A stretch of 64,000 bases of DNA, taken from contig CM022677.1 of assembly GCA_012295275.1 (NCBI GenBank), positions 18,476,001 to 18,540,000 on the forward strand, written 5' to 3'. The position numbers and the translations under genes were made by a program. This DNA comes from Chrysomallon squamiferum (taxonomy: Eukaryota > Animalia > Mollusca). Shown one piece after another: positions 45,768 through 64,000 of the stretch. Below the pieces are notes generated by a model. That model did not search any database. It was given only the letters and a program-made list of their open reading frames with translations, and was not told the DNA's origin. The stretch's first letter is position 1; each line of letters begins with the position of its first letter.

Positions 45768-46096
45768 TATGTATATATTATTAGAAAGGATTACAAAACA
45801 GCGGGAATATGCACGTTATCATCTCATGAGACCACGGAAAAGCATGTAGCGGAAATTACAACACACTAATCCTTTTTATTTTCAGTTTATCAGAGAAACT
45901 GTAAGAAATTCTGTTTTAGTTTTAGCTTTGATAACTGTGATGTGAAACTGTTACATTATGTAACGTCGAACTGACGGTCGTTGAAAACCTGGCTGAAATT
46001 TCCTTTATAAGTGCAGGTATTTTGATGCTAAAGGTCTTTAGTTGTCCTACATGACAGAGACAGGGTCAGAAAGAGAAAGAGAGAGAGAGCTAGAGC

Positions 46097-46172
<76 letters not shown>

Positions 46173-46173
46173 G

Positions 46174-46258
<85 letters not shown>

Positions 46259-46534
46259 CAAAGAGAGAATCACAAAGAGATATATATAAAAAACAATGAA
46301 AGACAGAAGGTAAGACACAGAAACAGGAGACAAAAAAGTCACAGAAAGACAGAAGAAGAAATCAAAAGTGATGTACGCAAAGAGGCAAATACTAACTCGA
46401 ACTGAACGTAGAGTCATCAAGCTAAACTAAAAGCTGATTAGAACAGATTCAAATCTACGAACGATAGGGGTGTGGAAAGAGCAGGTATCCATCTGTTCGT
46501 TGCCTAGCAGCAAGACGAAAATATGGCTCAGCAG

Positions 46535-47350
46535 ACGGCAGGAACCTGAAATCACGTGCCGGAAGTCAAAAGGAGCCATTCCTTGTTTCAGTTCATCAGA
46601 AAAATGTATCATTGCTTTTATTTTTATTTCATAAAACTACGGACGGAAATTGATATCTTATTTTCCAATAGCCTTTCCCAAAGGCTTGATAATGCTCTTC
46701 CTTTTATAATAACCAATTTATTATATATTTGTAGCCTATGAGGATTTGATATAATGCAACGGTCATCGCCAATCAAACTGAACGTTTCATTTCTGAATGA
46801 GAAGCAAGCCTCATTTTCAAATCTTGTTTTATATCTTTCTTTTTGTTTGTTTCTTTGTTTCTTTTTTTTTTTGTTTCCTGGACAAACGTAATCTGCTTAC
46901 ATAGTTTTGAATGAGAAGAAAAGAAACGTCAGACTGAAATACAGACGCAGCAGATGACAGGAACTTGAAATCACGTGCCGGAAGTCAGAACAAACCACTT
47001 CTTGTTTCAGTTCATCAGAAAACTGTGTCATTGCTTTTATTTTTATTTCATAAAACTACGGACGGAAATTGATATCTTATTTTCCTTTAGCGTTCCAAAA
47101 GGCTTGATAATACTGTTGTATCTATAATAACCAATTTATTATATATTTGTAGCCTATGAGGATTTGATATAATGCAACGGTCATCGTCAATGAAACTGAA
47201 CGTTTCATTTCTGAATGAGAAGGAACTCTCATTTGCAATTTTTGTTTTATATGTTTTTTTTGTTGTTGTTTGTTTTAGTTTCCTGCACAAGCATAATCTC
47301 CTTACAGAATTTTGAATGAGAAGAAAAGAAACGTCAGACTGAAATACAGA
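46535..47350. repeat. Tandem duplication, unit about 420 bp
   Basis: GAAATCACGTGCCGGAAGTCA...GAAACGTCAGACTGAAATACAGAC occurs twice (about 46548-46946 and 46967-47351). Confidence 0.8.
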
Positions 47351-47512
47351 CACACAGACAACTGGAGAAATGGATAGATTGAAAAATAGAGACAGAAAAA
47401 AAGTGATAGATAGAGAGTCAGGCAGATGAATAAGGTTCGAGATAGAAATTGACTGATAAATAGATAATTTTGTTACATAGAGGACTATAGATAGATAAAG
47501 ACAGACAGACTG

Positions 47513-47624
<112 letters not shown>

Positions 47625-47831
47625 TCAGATAGTAAGATCAACATAGATAATGAGAGGCACAGATATGTATATATGTGTGTGTGTACGTTTACGTGTGTTC
47701 GTTTGCATATAAGTCTATGTGTGTGTATGTTTACCTCTGTGTGTACGTATAGATGTATAAGTGTGTGTACATTTACGTCTGTGTGGCTGTATGTGTGTGT
47801 GTACGTTTACGTCTGTGTGTATATAGTTGAG

Positions 47832-48030
47832 GATTTTGAATATACTCTGGCCTATGTACATCTGATTAGACTCTGCACTTAGACAATATTCAGGAACGCA
47901 CTGGCGCAGGAGGACAAAGTCCAGTCACGACCTCACAAACCCGTCAGATGCCGCTGACGAGACTCGAGCGTATGACACCCATTCACCCGGACTCAGAAGG
48001 CGGTCGATGTTACGGTTCGGCCATCGAGAC
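47832..48030 (-). mobile_element. tRNA-derived SINE copy
   Basis: Aligns to 50588-50788; the B-box has one mismatch. An internally deleted copy lies at about 45515-45678 and a degenerate one at about 60057-60135. Confidence 0.65.
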
Positions 48031-48506
48031 ACACCCTAGACACACCTAGATTACAACACACCGCTCCATGTTTTAATTTATCAGAGAAATTGTAACGAAT
48101 TTTATTTTAGTTTTAGCTTTTATAACTGTCATGTGAAATTGTTACATTATTTTATATGGTTGTCAAAGTAATTAACAGTTTTATTTGTAGAAGTGGATGA
48201 AGATACTGTGACGTAAAAAGGTCATTAGTAGAAAGGTCGTACATGATAGCAGTTTTATTTTGAATAATTGTTATAAGAGAGAGGAAAGACTTCATCATTA
48301 GACCATAGGTTACTTTTCTCAGTTCGAAGCGCCTCATAGACAGAACAGTACATACCACGAGTTTTCATATCCAGCCAAACATGCAGACAAACAGATAGAT
48401 ATACATGCACACAGAGAATGACTGACAGAGACACTAACAGATAACCATAGAGAAATATATATATATACATACCTACATACACACACACAGTCACACACAC
48501 ACACAC

Positions 48507-48578
<72 letters not shown>

Positions 48579-49560
48579 GAAACTCAAGTTTACTTTTGAA
48601 AGAAAGAAAATGCTCTTTCTAAAATCTTTATCAACTGACAAAACGTTTATTTATTTATTTAATGGCACGTTCCAGAAATATATCACCTTCTGTAATTTCT
48701 GACTCTAACTTAAAAATTACTTTTTGACATTATAGCGGCGATGTTGATATTTAAGGAAAACAAATTTAAAAATATTTAAAAGTACACACATACTGTCACA
48801 GTTCAAAACTGGGTGCAAGCAATAAACACAATGAAACACTCGTTTACACTTTAAAGAACAAACCAGCTCAGACAAACAAACACTGGCTAAAACGTAACAG
48901 TTAACTGAAAGAGACAATTTATAATCGGGTGTACGAAAACAATAAGCAATTCAAAATGTAATAAAAATGTCTCGAGCTTGTAAACTATAACTGAACCTCG
49001 AATGCTAAATGTCCTATTGAAACTGAATGACGGTTTAATCCTCTAAGAGAAAATAGAAAATATTTGTAATCATAACAAACTTGGAGATGAATGATCACTA
49101 TATATTTCAATGTACTGATCCTAAGTTATTAAATGTGAGAAAAGGTATACCAGATGAGACATCTAAATATGATTTCATATAATAAATTGTAAAAATATAT
49201 TTGTATTAAAAATGCTATGTTTGTTAATAAGAACTATATGTGAGAGAGTATGTCCTCCACGTTAAATTTCCACGCATGTGCATTTTAATTGTGTTATTAT
49301 ATATCTGTAATACATTCTTCTCTGTACTGTCATCTACAGGTTATGATAATAGCGTCATTGTCATAGACACAAAAGACATAGTATCAATTAAAGATATAAC
49401 AAAGAAATGTTTACATAGGTGTTTACGAAACACATGAAAAGTTAAGACGAGTTGTCGTTCTTGTTGTCTATATCAACCAGTCCATGGATACCTGGCAACA
49501 ATCCCCAGAATTAGGTGAAAAACAAATATCAGAAAAGAAATAACAAAAATACTCTTTAGA

Positions 49561-49639
<79 letters not shown>

Positions 49640-49999
49640 TCACAGCAATAAACTCAATGGAATACTTATTACACTTTAAACAAGAAACCAGCTTAGATAA
49701 ATAAACAAAACTTTCACTGGTTATAATACCAAATATTTATATAACATCTTTTCAAATTTGTTCTTGTCTTAGAGATTTGAACATCAAAATGGTGTACTTA
49801 GTTTTAATATGAAGACATTAATCAATAATAAAACAACACATAAAGTAATCAACAAAATACATATAAGTAAATACATGTGCTCACCAAACGTACACACGTG
49901 CTACACGAAATGAAAGTCAGACTGGTAGAGAAAATAATTACAACACCGTGATTCTCTTTTCGCTAACAGTCTGCAACTCACTGGTTATGTTGTCCTTCG

Positions 50000-50257
50000 C
50001 GCCATTTTATGACGTAGTTATGACCCAGCGACCGAAATCTTCGGGTACTTGACCCCTGACATTTGATTCCGGTTTATTTTGTTTTGGTTATTTTCTGCGA
50101 CAGTTTTCCGATTTCATGACGTCATAACACGTGCCGGAACTTGCCACACACCATCACAGCGCGAGCATGCACGTTAACAGCTCTAAGCACACAGTTAGTT
50201 GCCTAGCAACAAGTAATAACTGACAAAGAGATCAAGGCCGTGACGTGAAAACACGTG
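50000..50257. promoter_or_regulatory. Promoter-like cassette: YY1, CRE, E-box+ETS, RFX X-box, E-box
   Basis: CGCCATTTT 50000-50008, TGACGTCA 50117-50124, CACGTGCCGGAA 50128-50139, GTTGCCTAGCAAC 50198-50210, CACGTG 50252-50257. Duplicated at about 51983-52240. Confidence 0.45.
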
Positions 50258-50587
50258 GTGGAAATTAGAAAACGCTACTCCGTGTTTGAAACGTATTTTA
50301 TTTTAGTTTCAGGTTTTATAACGGTGATGTGAAACTGTTACATTATGTTATGTGGTTGTCAAAGTTACTAACAGTTTTATTTATAGGAGTGTATGTAGAT
50401 ATTGTGACGTAAAAAGCTCATTAGTTGTCGTACATGATATCAATTTTATTTTTAATAATTATAATAAAAGAAAGGAAAGACATGTATGTATGCATGTATG
50501 TATGTACGTATGTATCTAATTTTGTATATGTATGTATGCATCTATGTATGTATGTATGTAAGTATGTATGTATGTATGTAGTTTCAT

Positions 50588-50788
50588 GATTTTGAGTATT
50601 CTCTGTTTTAAGTACATCTGTCTAGACTCTGCACATAGACAATATTCGGGAACGTTTATTTGTACAGTCGGACAAAGTCCAATCACGACCTCACAAACCC
50701 GTCAGATGCCGCTGACGAGACTCGAACGTATGAACCCCATTCGCCCGCACTCAGAAGGCGGAAGATGTTACGGTTCGGCCACCGAGAC
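50588..50788 (-). mobile_element. tRNA-derived SINE
   Basis: The minus strand starts GTCTCGGTGGCCGAACCG (A-box-like), has B-box GTTCGAGTC (50727-50719), and its 3' end runs into (CATA)n. Several copies nearby. Confidence 0.7.
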
Positions 50789-52621
50789 ACACCCAGACAC
50801 ACCTAGACACACTTAGATTACAGTTAGTTGCCTAGCAACAAGCAAAAGCTAAAACAAACAAACACTGGCTAAAGAATAACAGTTAACAGAAAGAAACCAT
50901 TTATAATCGGGTGTACGAAAACAATAAGCAATTCAAAATGTAATAAAAATGTCTCGAGCTTGTAAACTATAACTGAACCTCGAATGCTAAATGTCCTATT
51001 GAAACTGAATGACGGTTTAATCCTCTAAGAGAAAATAGAAAATATTTGTAATCATAACAAACTTGGAGATGAATGATCACTATATATTTCAATGTACTGA
51101 TCCTAAGTTATTAAATGTGAGAAAAGGTATAGCAGATAAATACATGAGGCATCCAAATATGATTTCATATAATAAATTGTAAAAATATATTTGTATTAAA
51201 AATGCTATGTTTGTTAATAAGAACTATATGTGATAGTACGTCTTGCACGTTAAACTTCTACAGATGTTCATTTTAGTTTAGTTATTATATATCTGTAATA
51301 CATTCTTCTCTGTACTGTCATCTACAGGTTATCAGAATAGCCTCACTGTCAGAGACACAAAGACATAGTAGCAATTAAAGATATAACAAAGAAATGTCCA
51401 CATAGGTGTTTACGTAACCGATTTAAAAGAGTTTTAATAAGAAGCTCAGTAACACAGACGGTAAGACGTTCCGCATTGAAAAGTTAAGACGAGTTGTCGT
51501 TCTTGTTGTCTATATCAACCCGTCCCTGGATACCTGGCAACATTCCCCAGAATTAGGTGAAAAACAAATATCAGAAAAGAAATAACAAAAATACTCTTTA
51601 GACGGGTATATATATATATACTCTCACAGGAATAAACTCAATGGAATACTTATTACACTTTAAACAACAAACCAGCTTAGATAAATAAACAAAACTTTCA
51701 CTGGTTATAATACCAATATTTAGATAAGTTCTTTTGAAATTTGTACTTGTCTTAGAGAGTTTATCATCAAAATGGTGTACTTAGTTTTAACATGAAGACA
51801 TTAATCAATAATAAAACAACACATAAAGTAATCAACAAAATACATATAAGTAAATACATGTGCTCAGCAAACGTACACACGTGCTACACGAAATGAACGT
51901 CAGACTGGTAGAGAAAATAATTACAACACCGTGATTCTCTTTTCGCTAACAGTCTGCAACTCACTGGTTATGTTGTCCTTGGCGCCATTTTATGACGTAG
52001 TTATGACCCAGCGACCGAAATCTTCGGGTACTTGATCCCTGACATTTGATTCCGGTTTTTTTTGTTTTGGTTATTTTCTGCGACAGTTTTACTATTGCAT
52101 GACGTCATAACACGTGCCGGAACTTGCCACACAGTACCACAGCGCGAGCATGCATGTTAGCAGCTCTAAGCACACAGTTAGTTGCGTAGCAACAAGTAAT
52201 AACTGACAAAGAGATCAAGGCCGTGACGTGAAAACACGTGGTGGAAATTAAAACACACCACTCCGTGTTTGTAAAGAATTTTATTTTAGTTTTAGCTTTT
52301 ATAACTGTGATGTGAAACTGTCACATTATGTTATGTGGTTGTCAAAGTAACTAACAGTTTTATTTGTAGGAGTGGATGTAAATATTCTAATGTAAAAAGG
52401 TCATTAGTTGTCGTACATGATATCAATTTTATTTTTAATAATTATAATAATAAAAAGGAAAGACATGTATTCATGTATGTATGCATGTATGTATGTACGT
52501 GTGTATCTACTTTTGTATATGTATGTATGCATCTATGTATGTATGTATGTATGTATGTATGCATCTATGTATGTATGTATGTATGTATGTATGCATCTAT
52601 GTATGTATGTATGTAGTTTCA

Positions 52622-52823
52622 TGATTTAGAGTATTCTCTCTTTTAAGTACATCTGTCTAGACTCTGCACATAGACAATATTCGGGAACGTTTATTTGTAC
52701 AGTCGGACAAAGTCCAATCGCGACCTCACAAACCCGTCAGATGCCGCTGACGAGACTCGAACGTATGACCCCCATTCGCCCGCACTCAGAAGGCGGAAGA
52801 TGTTACGGTTCGGCCACCGAGAC
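52622..52823 (-). mobile_element. tRNA-derived SINE copy (inside local duplication)
   Basis: Near-identical to 50588-50788, including flanks. Confidence 0.65.
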
Positions 52824-53301
52824 ACACCCAGACACACCTAGACACACTTAGATTACAAGAGTATTCACGTTACCAGTTCTAAACACACAGTTAGTTGCCT
52901 AGCAACAAGTAATAACTGACAAAGAGATCAAGGCCGTGACGTGAAAACACGTGGTGGAAATTAAAACACACCACTCCGTGTTTGTAAAGAATTTTATTTT
53001 AGTTTTAGCTTTTATAACTGTGATGTGAAACTGTCACATTATGTTATGTGGTTGTCAAAGTAACTAACAGTTTTATTTGTAGGAGTGGATGTAAATATTC
53101 TAATGTAAAAAGGTCATTAGTTGTCGTACATGATATCAATTTTATTTTTAATAATTATAATAATAAAAAGGAAAGACATGTATTCATGTATGTATGCATG
53201 TATGTATGTACGTGTGTATCTACTTTTGTATATGTATGTATGCATCTATGTATGTATGTATATATGTATGTATGCATCTATGTATGTATGTATGTAGTTT
53301 C

Positions 53302-53504
53302 ATGATTTAGAGTATTCTCTCTTTTAAGTACATCTGTCTAGACTCTGCACATAGACAATATTCGGGAACGTTTATTTGTACAGTCGGACAAAGTCCAATC
53401 GCGACCTCACAAACCCGTCAGATGCCGCTGACGAGACTCGAACGTATGACCCCCATTCGCCCGCACTCAGAAGGCGGAAGATGTTACGGTTCGGCCACCG
53501 AGAC
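53302..53504 (-). mobile_element. tRNA-derived SINE copy (inside 713-bp duplication)
   Basis: Near-identical to 52622-52823, including flanks. Confidence 0.65.
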
Positions 53505-55213
53505 ACACCCAGACACACCTAGACACACCTAGATTACAAGACAGCGGGAGTATTCACGTTACCAGTTCTAAACACACAGTTAGTTGCCTAGCAACAAGCA
53601 AAAGCTAAAACAAACAAACACTGGCTAAAGAATAACAGTTAACAGAAAGAGACCATTTATAATCGGGTGTACGAAAACAATAAGCAATTCAAAATGTAAT
53701 AAAAATGTCTCGAGCTTGTAAACTATAACTGAACCTCGAATGCTAAATGTCCTATTGAAACTGAATGACGGTTTAATCCTCTAAGAGAAAATAGAAAATA
53801 TTTGTAATCATAACAAACTTGGAGATGAATGATCACTATATATTTCAATGTACTGATCCTAAGTTATTAAATGTGAGAAAAGATATACCAGATGAGACAT
53901 CTAAATATGATTTCATATAATAAATTGTAAAAAATATATTTGTATTAAAAATGCTATGTTTAAATCACGTTTATTCAAATTTGTTCTTGACTTATAGGTT
54001 TTAACATATAGATGATGTATTTAGCTTTAATATGAAGACATTAATCAACAACATACTTATAAATAAATACATCTGCTCACCAGTTTGTTATTCAGAGTGC
54101 AAATTTAGGAGTCAAAATTACGCACGTGTATTTGGTAAAAAAAAAACGACGACACAGTGATTTTGTTTTTTACGAGAGATTTCAAACGACATCGTAACAA
54201 GAAGCAGACGACATCGTAACAAGAAGCAGACGACACTTTTGGCTAACAGTCTTTAACTCACTGGTTATGTTGTTACTTTTTTTTTCTTATTAGGATCGCC
54301 TCGTGGACAGAACAGTACATACCACGATTTTTTATATCCAGCCATACATACAGACAAACAGACTGACAGACGCAGAGAATAACTGACAGATACACAAACT
54401 AGATCTCTCTCTCTGTTTATGTATCTATATCTACCTCGATGTTTATATCTACCTAGGGAGATAGATCGTTTATTAGACAGACACATATAGATAGATACAT
54501 AGATATATAAATATACAAATAGATGATAGCTAGATAGATAGACAGACAGACGGACAGGTTTTTGTATCAGTTTTGTAGCTATTTAGATTTTAAATTAACT
54601 TAAAATTTAAGTAAATAAATAAATAAATAAATAAACTTCCACTACCTATTATCGCCTTTTTGATCATAAGTTCAAATTTCGTTCACTCTTTTTCAAATTT
54701 CATTTATTTATTCATTTATGACGATATAAATCTTCTCTGAAATAAAATATTCTCATAACTTAAGTGCAAAACAATTTCTCTGTCAGTCTACTCGATCAGG
54801 AATTAATAAAATTAGAACATAACTCTTCTTCTGACGGCAAACCAAACAAATGTGATATATGCAATAACGAATAGAAATGTTAATTCTAATACGCTTTTTT
54901 ATTGCTCAAACAAATTTCACTTATTGATCAAAATATAAATTTCCACTTGAGACGTTACTGGGTGGACATTTAGATTATCAACCAGGGATTGAGTAGGGTG
55001 GGGGAGGGTTTCTTAATTTAAGGGTGATCAATCAGTCACGTGATTAAGCGTCATTGATTAGAGCTATTTCCTTTATTTTATCACCTACTAAATTAAATGC
55101 TAATGAAATTCTTTAACAACAACAACAACAACAATAATAAGATAATAATAATAATAATAATAAAAAGAAGAAGTAGAAAAAGAAGAAGAAGAAGAAGATC
55201 AAGAAGAAGAGGA

Positions 55214-55264
<51 letters not shown>

Positions 55265-55746
55265 TAATAAATGAATAAATAAATAAAAATAAAAAGAACG
55301 AAAAATTGTAGTTACCATACATAGAAACAAATAACAGAAAATCCTTTCACTAATTCATTTGAAAGTATTTTGACGTCACAAACTTATTGACGTAGGAATA
55401 CTGTTGACGTCAAATTCTGGTCATTAACATTGCAGACATTTAATGCTCCGTGAATTTCGTTTTTAAATCAGGTTAAAGCACAATTCATTTTTAAATTAGG
55501 TTAAGACACTATACATTTTTAAATGATATGTTTCTTCTTCTTCTTCTTCTTCTTCTTCTTCTTCTTCCCCGAGGGGGATGTTTTGGTAATTCGCACGATG
55601 TAATCAATCGGTCACGTGATTCTGAAATTCATTTTAGTGTACTTTTTTTTTTTTTTTTTTTTTCTTTCTTCTGTCAATGAACTATTGCAGTTACATTTTT
55701 AGGTAATTAGAGATTGGTAGACATATAGAAAAACATATAGAGAGAA

Positions 55747-55845
<99 letters not shown>

Positions 55846-56132
55846 CAGATCCATGAAATATCTGTTATCATACTTTTCGTTCGTCCTGGAAGTATGACCA
55901 ATTATGTACTAGATACCAGTATGATTTGCATTTCGTATTTAATCTTTAAAAAATAATTTTAAAAATTTTAGAATAAAAGAAAAATTTTAATAATAAAATA
56001 AAACAGCGAAAGAAAGGGAGAATACTACGCATGTGTGTGTGTGTGTGTGTATTCACACAGATAAAGAAAACACATACACATATGCTTGAGTATGTGTAGT
56101 ATACCTATCTATATATCTATAAATCAATTCAT

Positions 56133-56171
<39 letters not shown>

Positions 56172-56242
56172 CAGAGACACACACATATATATATATACAG
56201 ACACACACACACACATATATAGACAGCCAAACAGGTATATAC

Positions 56243-56300
<58 letters not shown>

Positions 56301-56889
56301 ACATACAGACACACACACACATATACAGACAGACAAACAGATAACTGACAGAAATACAAAGAGAGTGACAGAGAGACACAGAAAGAGAAATATGTTACTC
56401 TTTTTTTCCTCTTCTATTTGTTATCATCACCGTCACCGTTGTTCTAGCTTTTTGGTGTTTTTCGTTGTTGTTAATATCATTATCATTATTTCTTCTTCTT
56501 CTTCTTCTTTATGCTTTTTTCTTTAAGAAATAACTAAAAACTGACCATCTATAATTATACTCTGACGATGGAATCTGATAAAGTTTCCTGTCACGTGTCC
56601 TAGATATAAATCTACAGCTGCTTAGCAAGAAGAAGATACCTAGATGACGCACAAGTCTGGGACCAGAATGCACGTGCCGGAAGTGAGATCATGCGTCTGG
56701 ATTTTTCAAATTCAGCTGAGAAATTGTTACAGATTTTATTTTTATTTCAGATTAACTAACTGTGAACGCATTCTGTAACGTTAATTTATGAGAGAATTGC
56801 TAAAGCCTCGTTAACACTGTGTTATTTGTTGTAACCTTTTCCTGAATAGAATCTGCGTGGACTTCGATCGAAAATAAAAATAAAAATAA

Positions 56890-56956
<67 letters not shown>

Positions 56957-56960
56957 TAAA

Positions 56961-57004
<44 letters not shown>

Positions 57005-57092
57005 TAATTATAATTATAATAATAGAGAATGAGATATCGAGAAAAACAGACAGAAAGAGACAGACATTCAGACGTACAGACTTAGAGTAGAG

Positions 57093-57211
<119 letters not shown>

Positions 57212-58232
57212 ATTATAACAGCAAACCGCAGTAAAATTAAATGAAATAAAATATAATAAAAGTTTAGAATGAAAAAAAGTACGTAACTGAGCTTTAACTG
57301 TGTTTTGTGAAATGTTTTTGTAACTAAAGGTCTTAACATCATGGCCCACATGAAATTAAAAAAATTAAGTTTTAAAAGTAGTAATTTGAAACAAATTACG
57401 ACACAACGAAAAAGACCATAACAAAAAAATACAAGTTGTAGTAACAATGATAATAATAAATCTGAGTAACAGTAAATGTTTTGGCAGCAGAAGCTATAAC
57501 ATTAATAAAAGTAAATAAAAAGATCATTCAAATAATAAATTCGAGTCACAGAAAATGTTGTGTTAGTTGTAGGAACAGAACATTTTTTTTAACAATAAAT
57601 TAAAAAATAGAAATAAAATATTAGTAATAGTAAATGTTATGTTAGCTGTAGCTACAGAAAAAAAATTAAACATGAAATTATAGAAATAAAATATTAGTAA
57701 TAGTAAATCTTATGGTAGTATGATTATATTGAAATAAATAAATGAACGAAATTGTACAACCGCAAATGATAGGTACTATAATAAAAGTTATGGTTGTAGA
57801 ACGTAAAGAAAAAACTAAATAAACACAATCGTACAAATAAATAAATAAATAAATAACAAGAAAAAAGATAATTAAATAAATAAATAAATAAACAAACAAA
57901 AAAATGGAGAATAGCAGGAAACTTGAAATGAAAGAGATCGTGCAAGTTGGATTGTATGAACGCGCCTTTACCTACTGACGTTGTCTTAGACAATTTTGTA
58001 ATCGCTTGCTGTGATGTAACAAACACCTGAGCCATTCATAAGCCAAGACAAGCCTTTAAATATTACAACCAAACTGTTAGAATGTTTTTGCTTATGTATC
58101 AAACTCTTGTCATTAGGTAGTCAGTGGCTTCATCGACAGTGGACAACTGGTTAAGAACCAGCGAGTTGTCTTTCAGTGCTAGTCTGTACGATTGAAGAAG
58201 ACTGGAGAAAATCTGTCCGACGTTCTGCAGAA

Positions 58233-64000
<5,768 letters not shown>

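Larger units (their letters stand above)
48872..54085. repeat. Nested tandem duplications (about 1.98-kb unit x2 plus a partial third; internal 713-bp duplication)
   Basis: ACAAACAAACACTGGCTAA starts at 48872, 50854 and 53610. 52163-52860 is repeated at 52876-53540 (matching spurious ORFs at 52335 and 53048, offset 713). Confidence 0.88.

Noticed and set aside
50700-50788. Possible tRNA gene
   Set aside because: A- and B-box-like motifs are present, but there is no convincing cloverleaf or poly-T terminator. It continues into a conserved body and a microsatellite tail, as a SINE does.
57904-57978. Short ORF MENSRKLEMKEIVQVGLYERAFTY* as first exon of the EF-hand gene
   Set aside because: It ends in a stop, and no convincing in-phase donor links it to the 58177 acceptor.

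Overview
AT-rich, microsatellite-dense animal genomic DNA. The repeat landscape and the CxxC...CC TNF stalk suggest a mollusc, probably a cephalopod (inference). Almost all entries in the ORF track are microsatellite artefacts. Left part (about 1-44.7 kb): a mosaic tandem segmental duplication with a period of about 15.2 kb. It carries three minus-strand, four-exon genes for a type II membrane TNF-superfamily (TRAIL/TNFSF10-like) ligand. Copies 1 (302 aa) and 2 (322 aa) are intact and differ almost only by amino-acid-changing substitutions in the TNF domain. Copy 3 has two 1-nt frameshifts and a much more divergent N-terminus. Interleaved are a C1GALT1 (T-synthase) pseudo-exon that the ORF track misses, Tigger/pogo transposon remnants, polypurine minisatellites and several unidentified decayed modules. 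A 200-N gap follows. Right part (45-57 kb): locally amplified modules carrying tRNA-derived SINE copies and a promoter-like cassette (YY1, CRE, E-box/ETS, perfect RFX X-box). Then comes a plus-strand calmodulin-like EF-hand gene that runs off the window end and has an 830-bp TIR/TA MITE in one intron. All gene models were built by eye from GT-AG sites, reading frame and comparison between paralogues; none has transcript support here.
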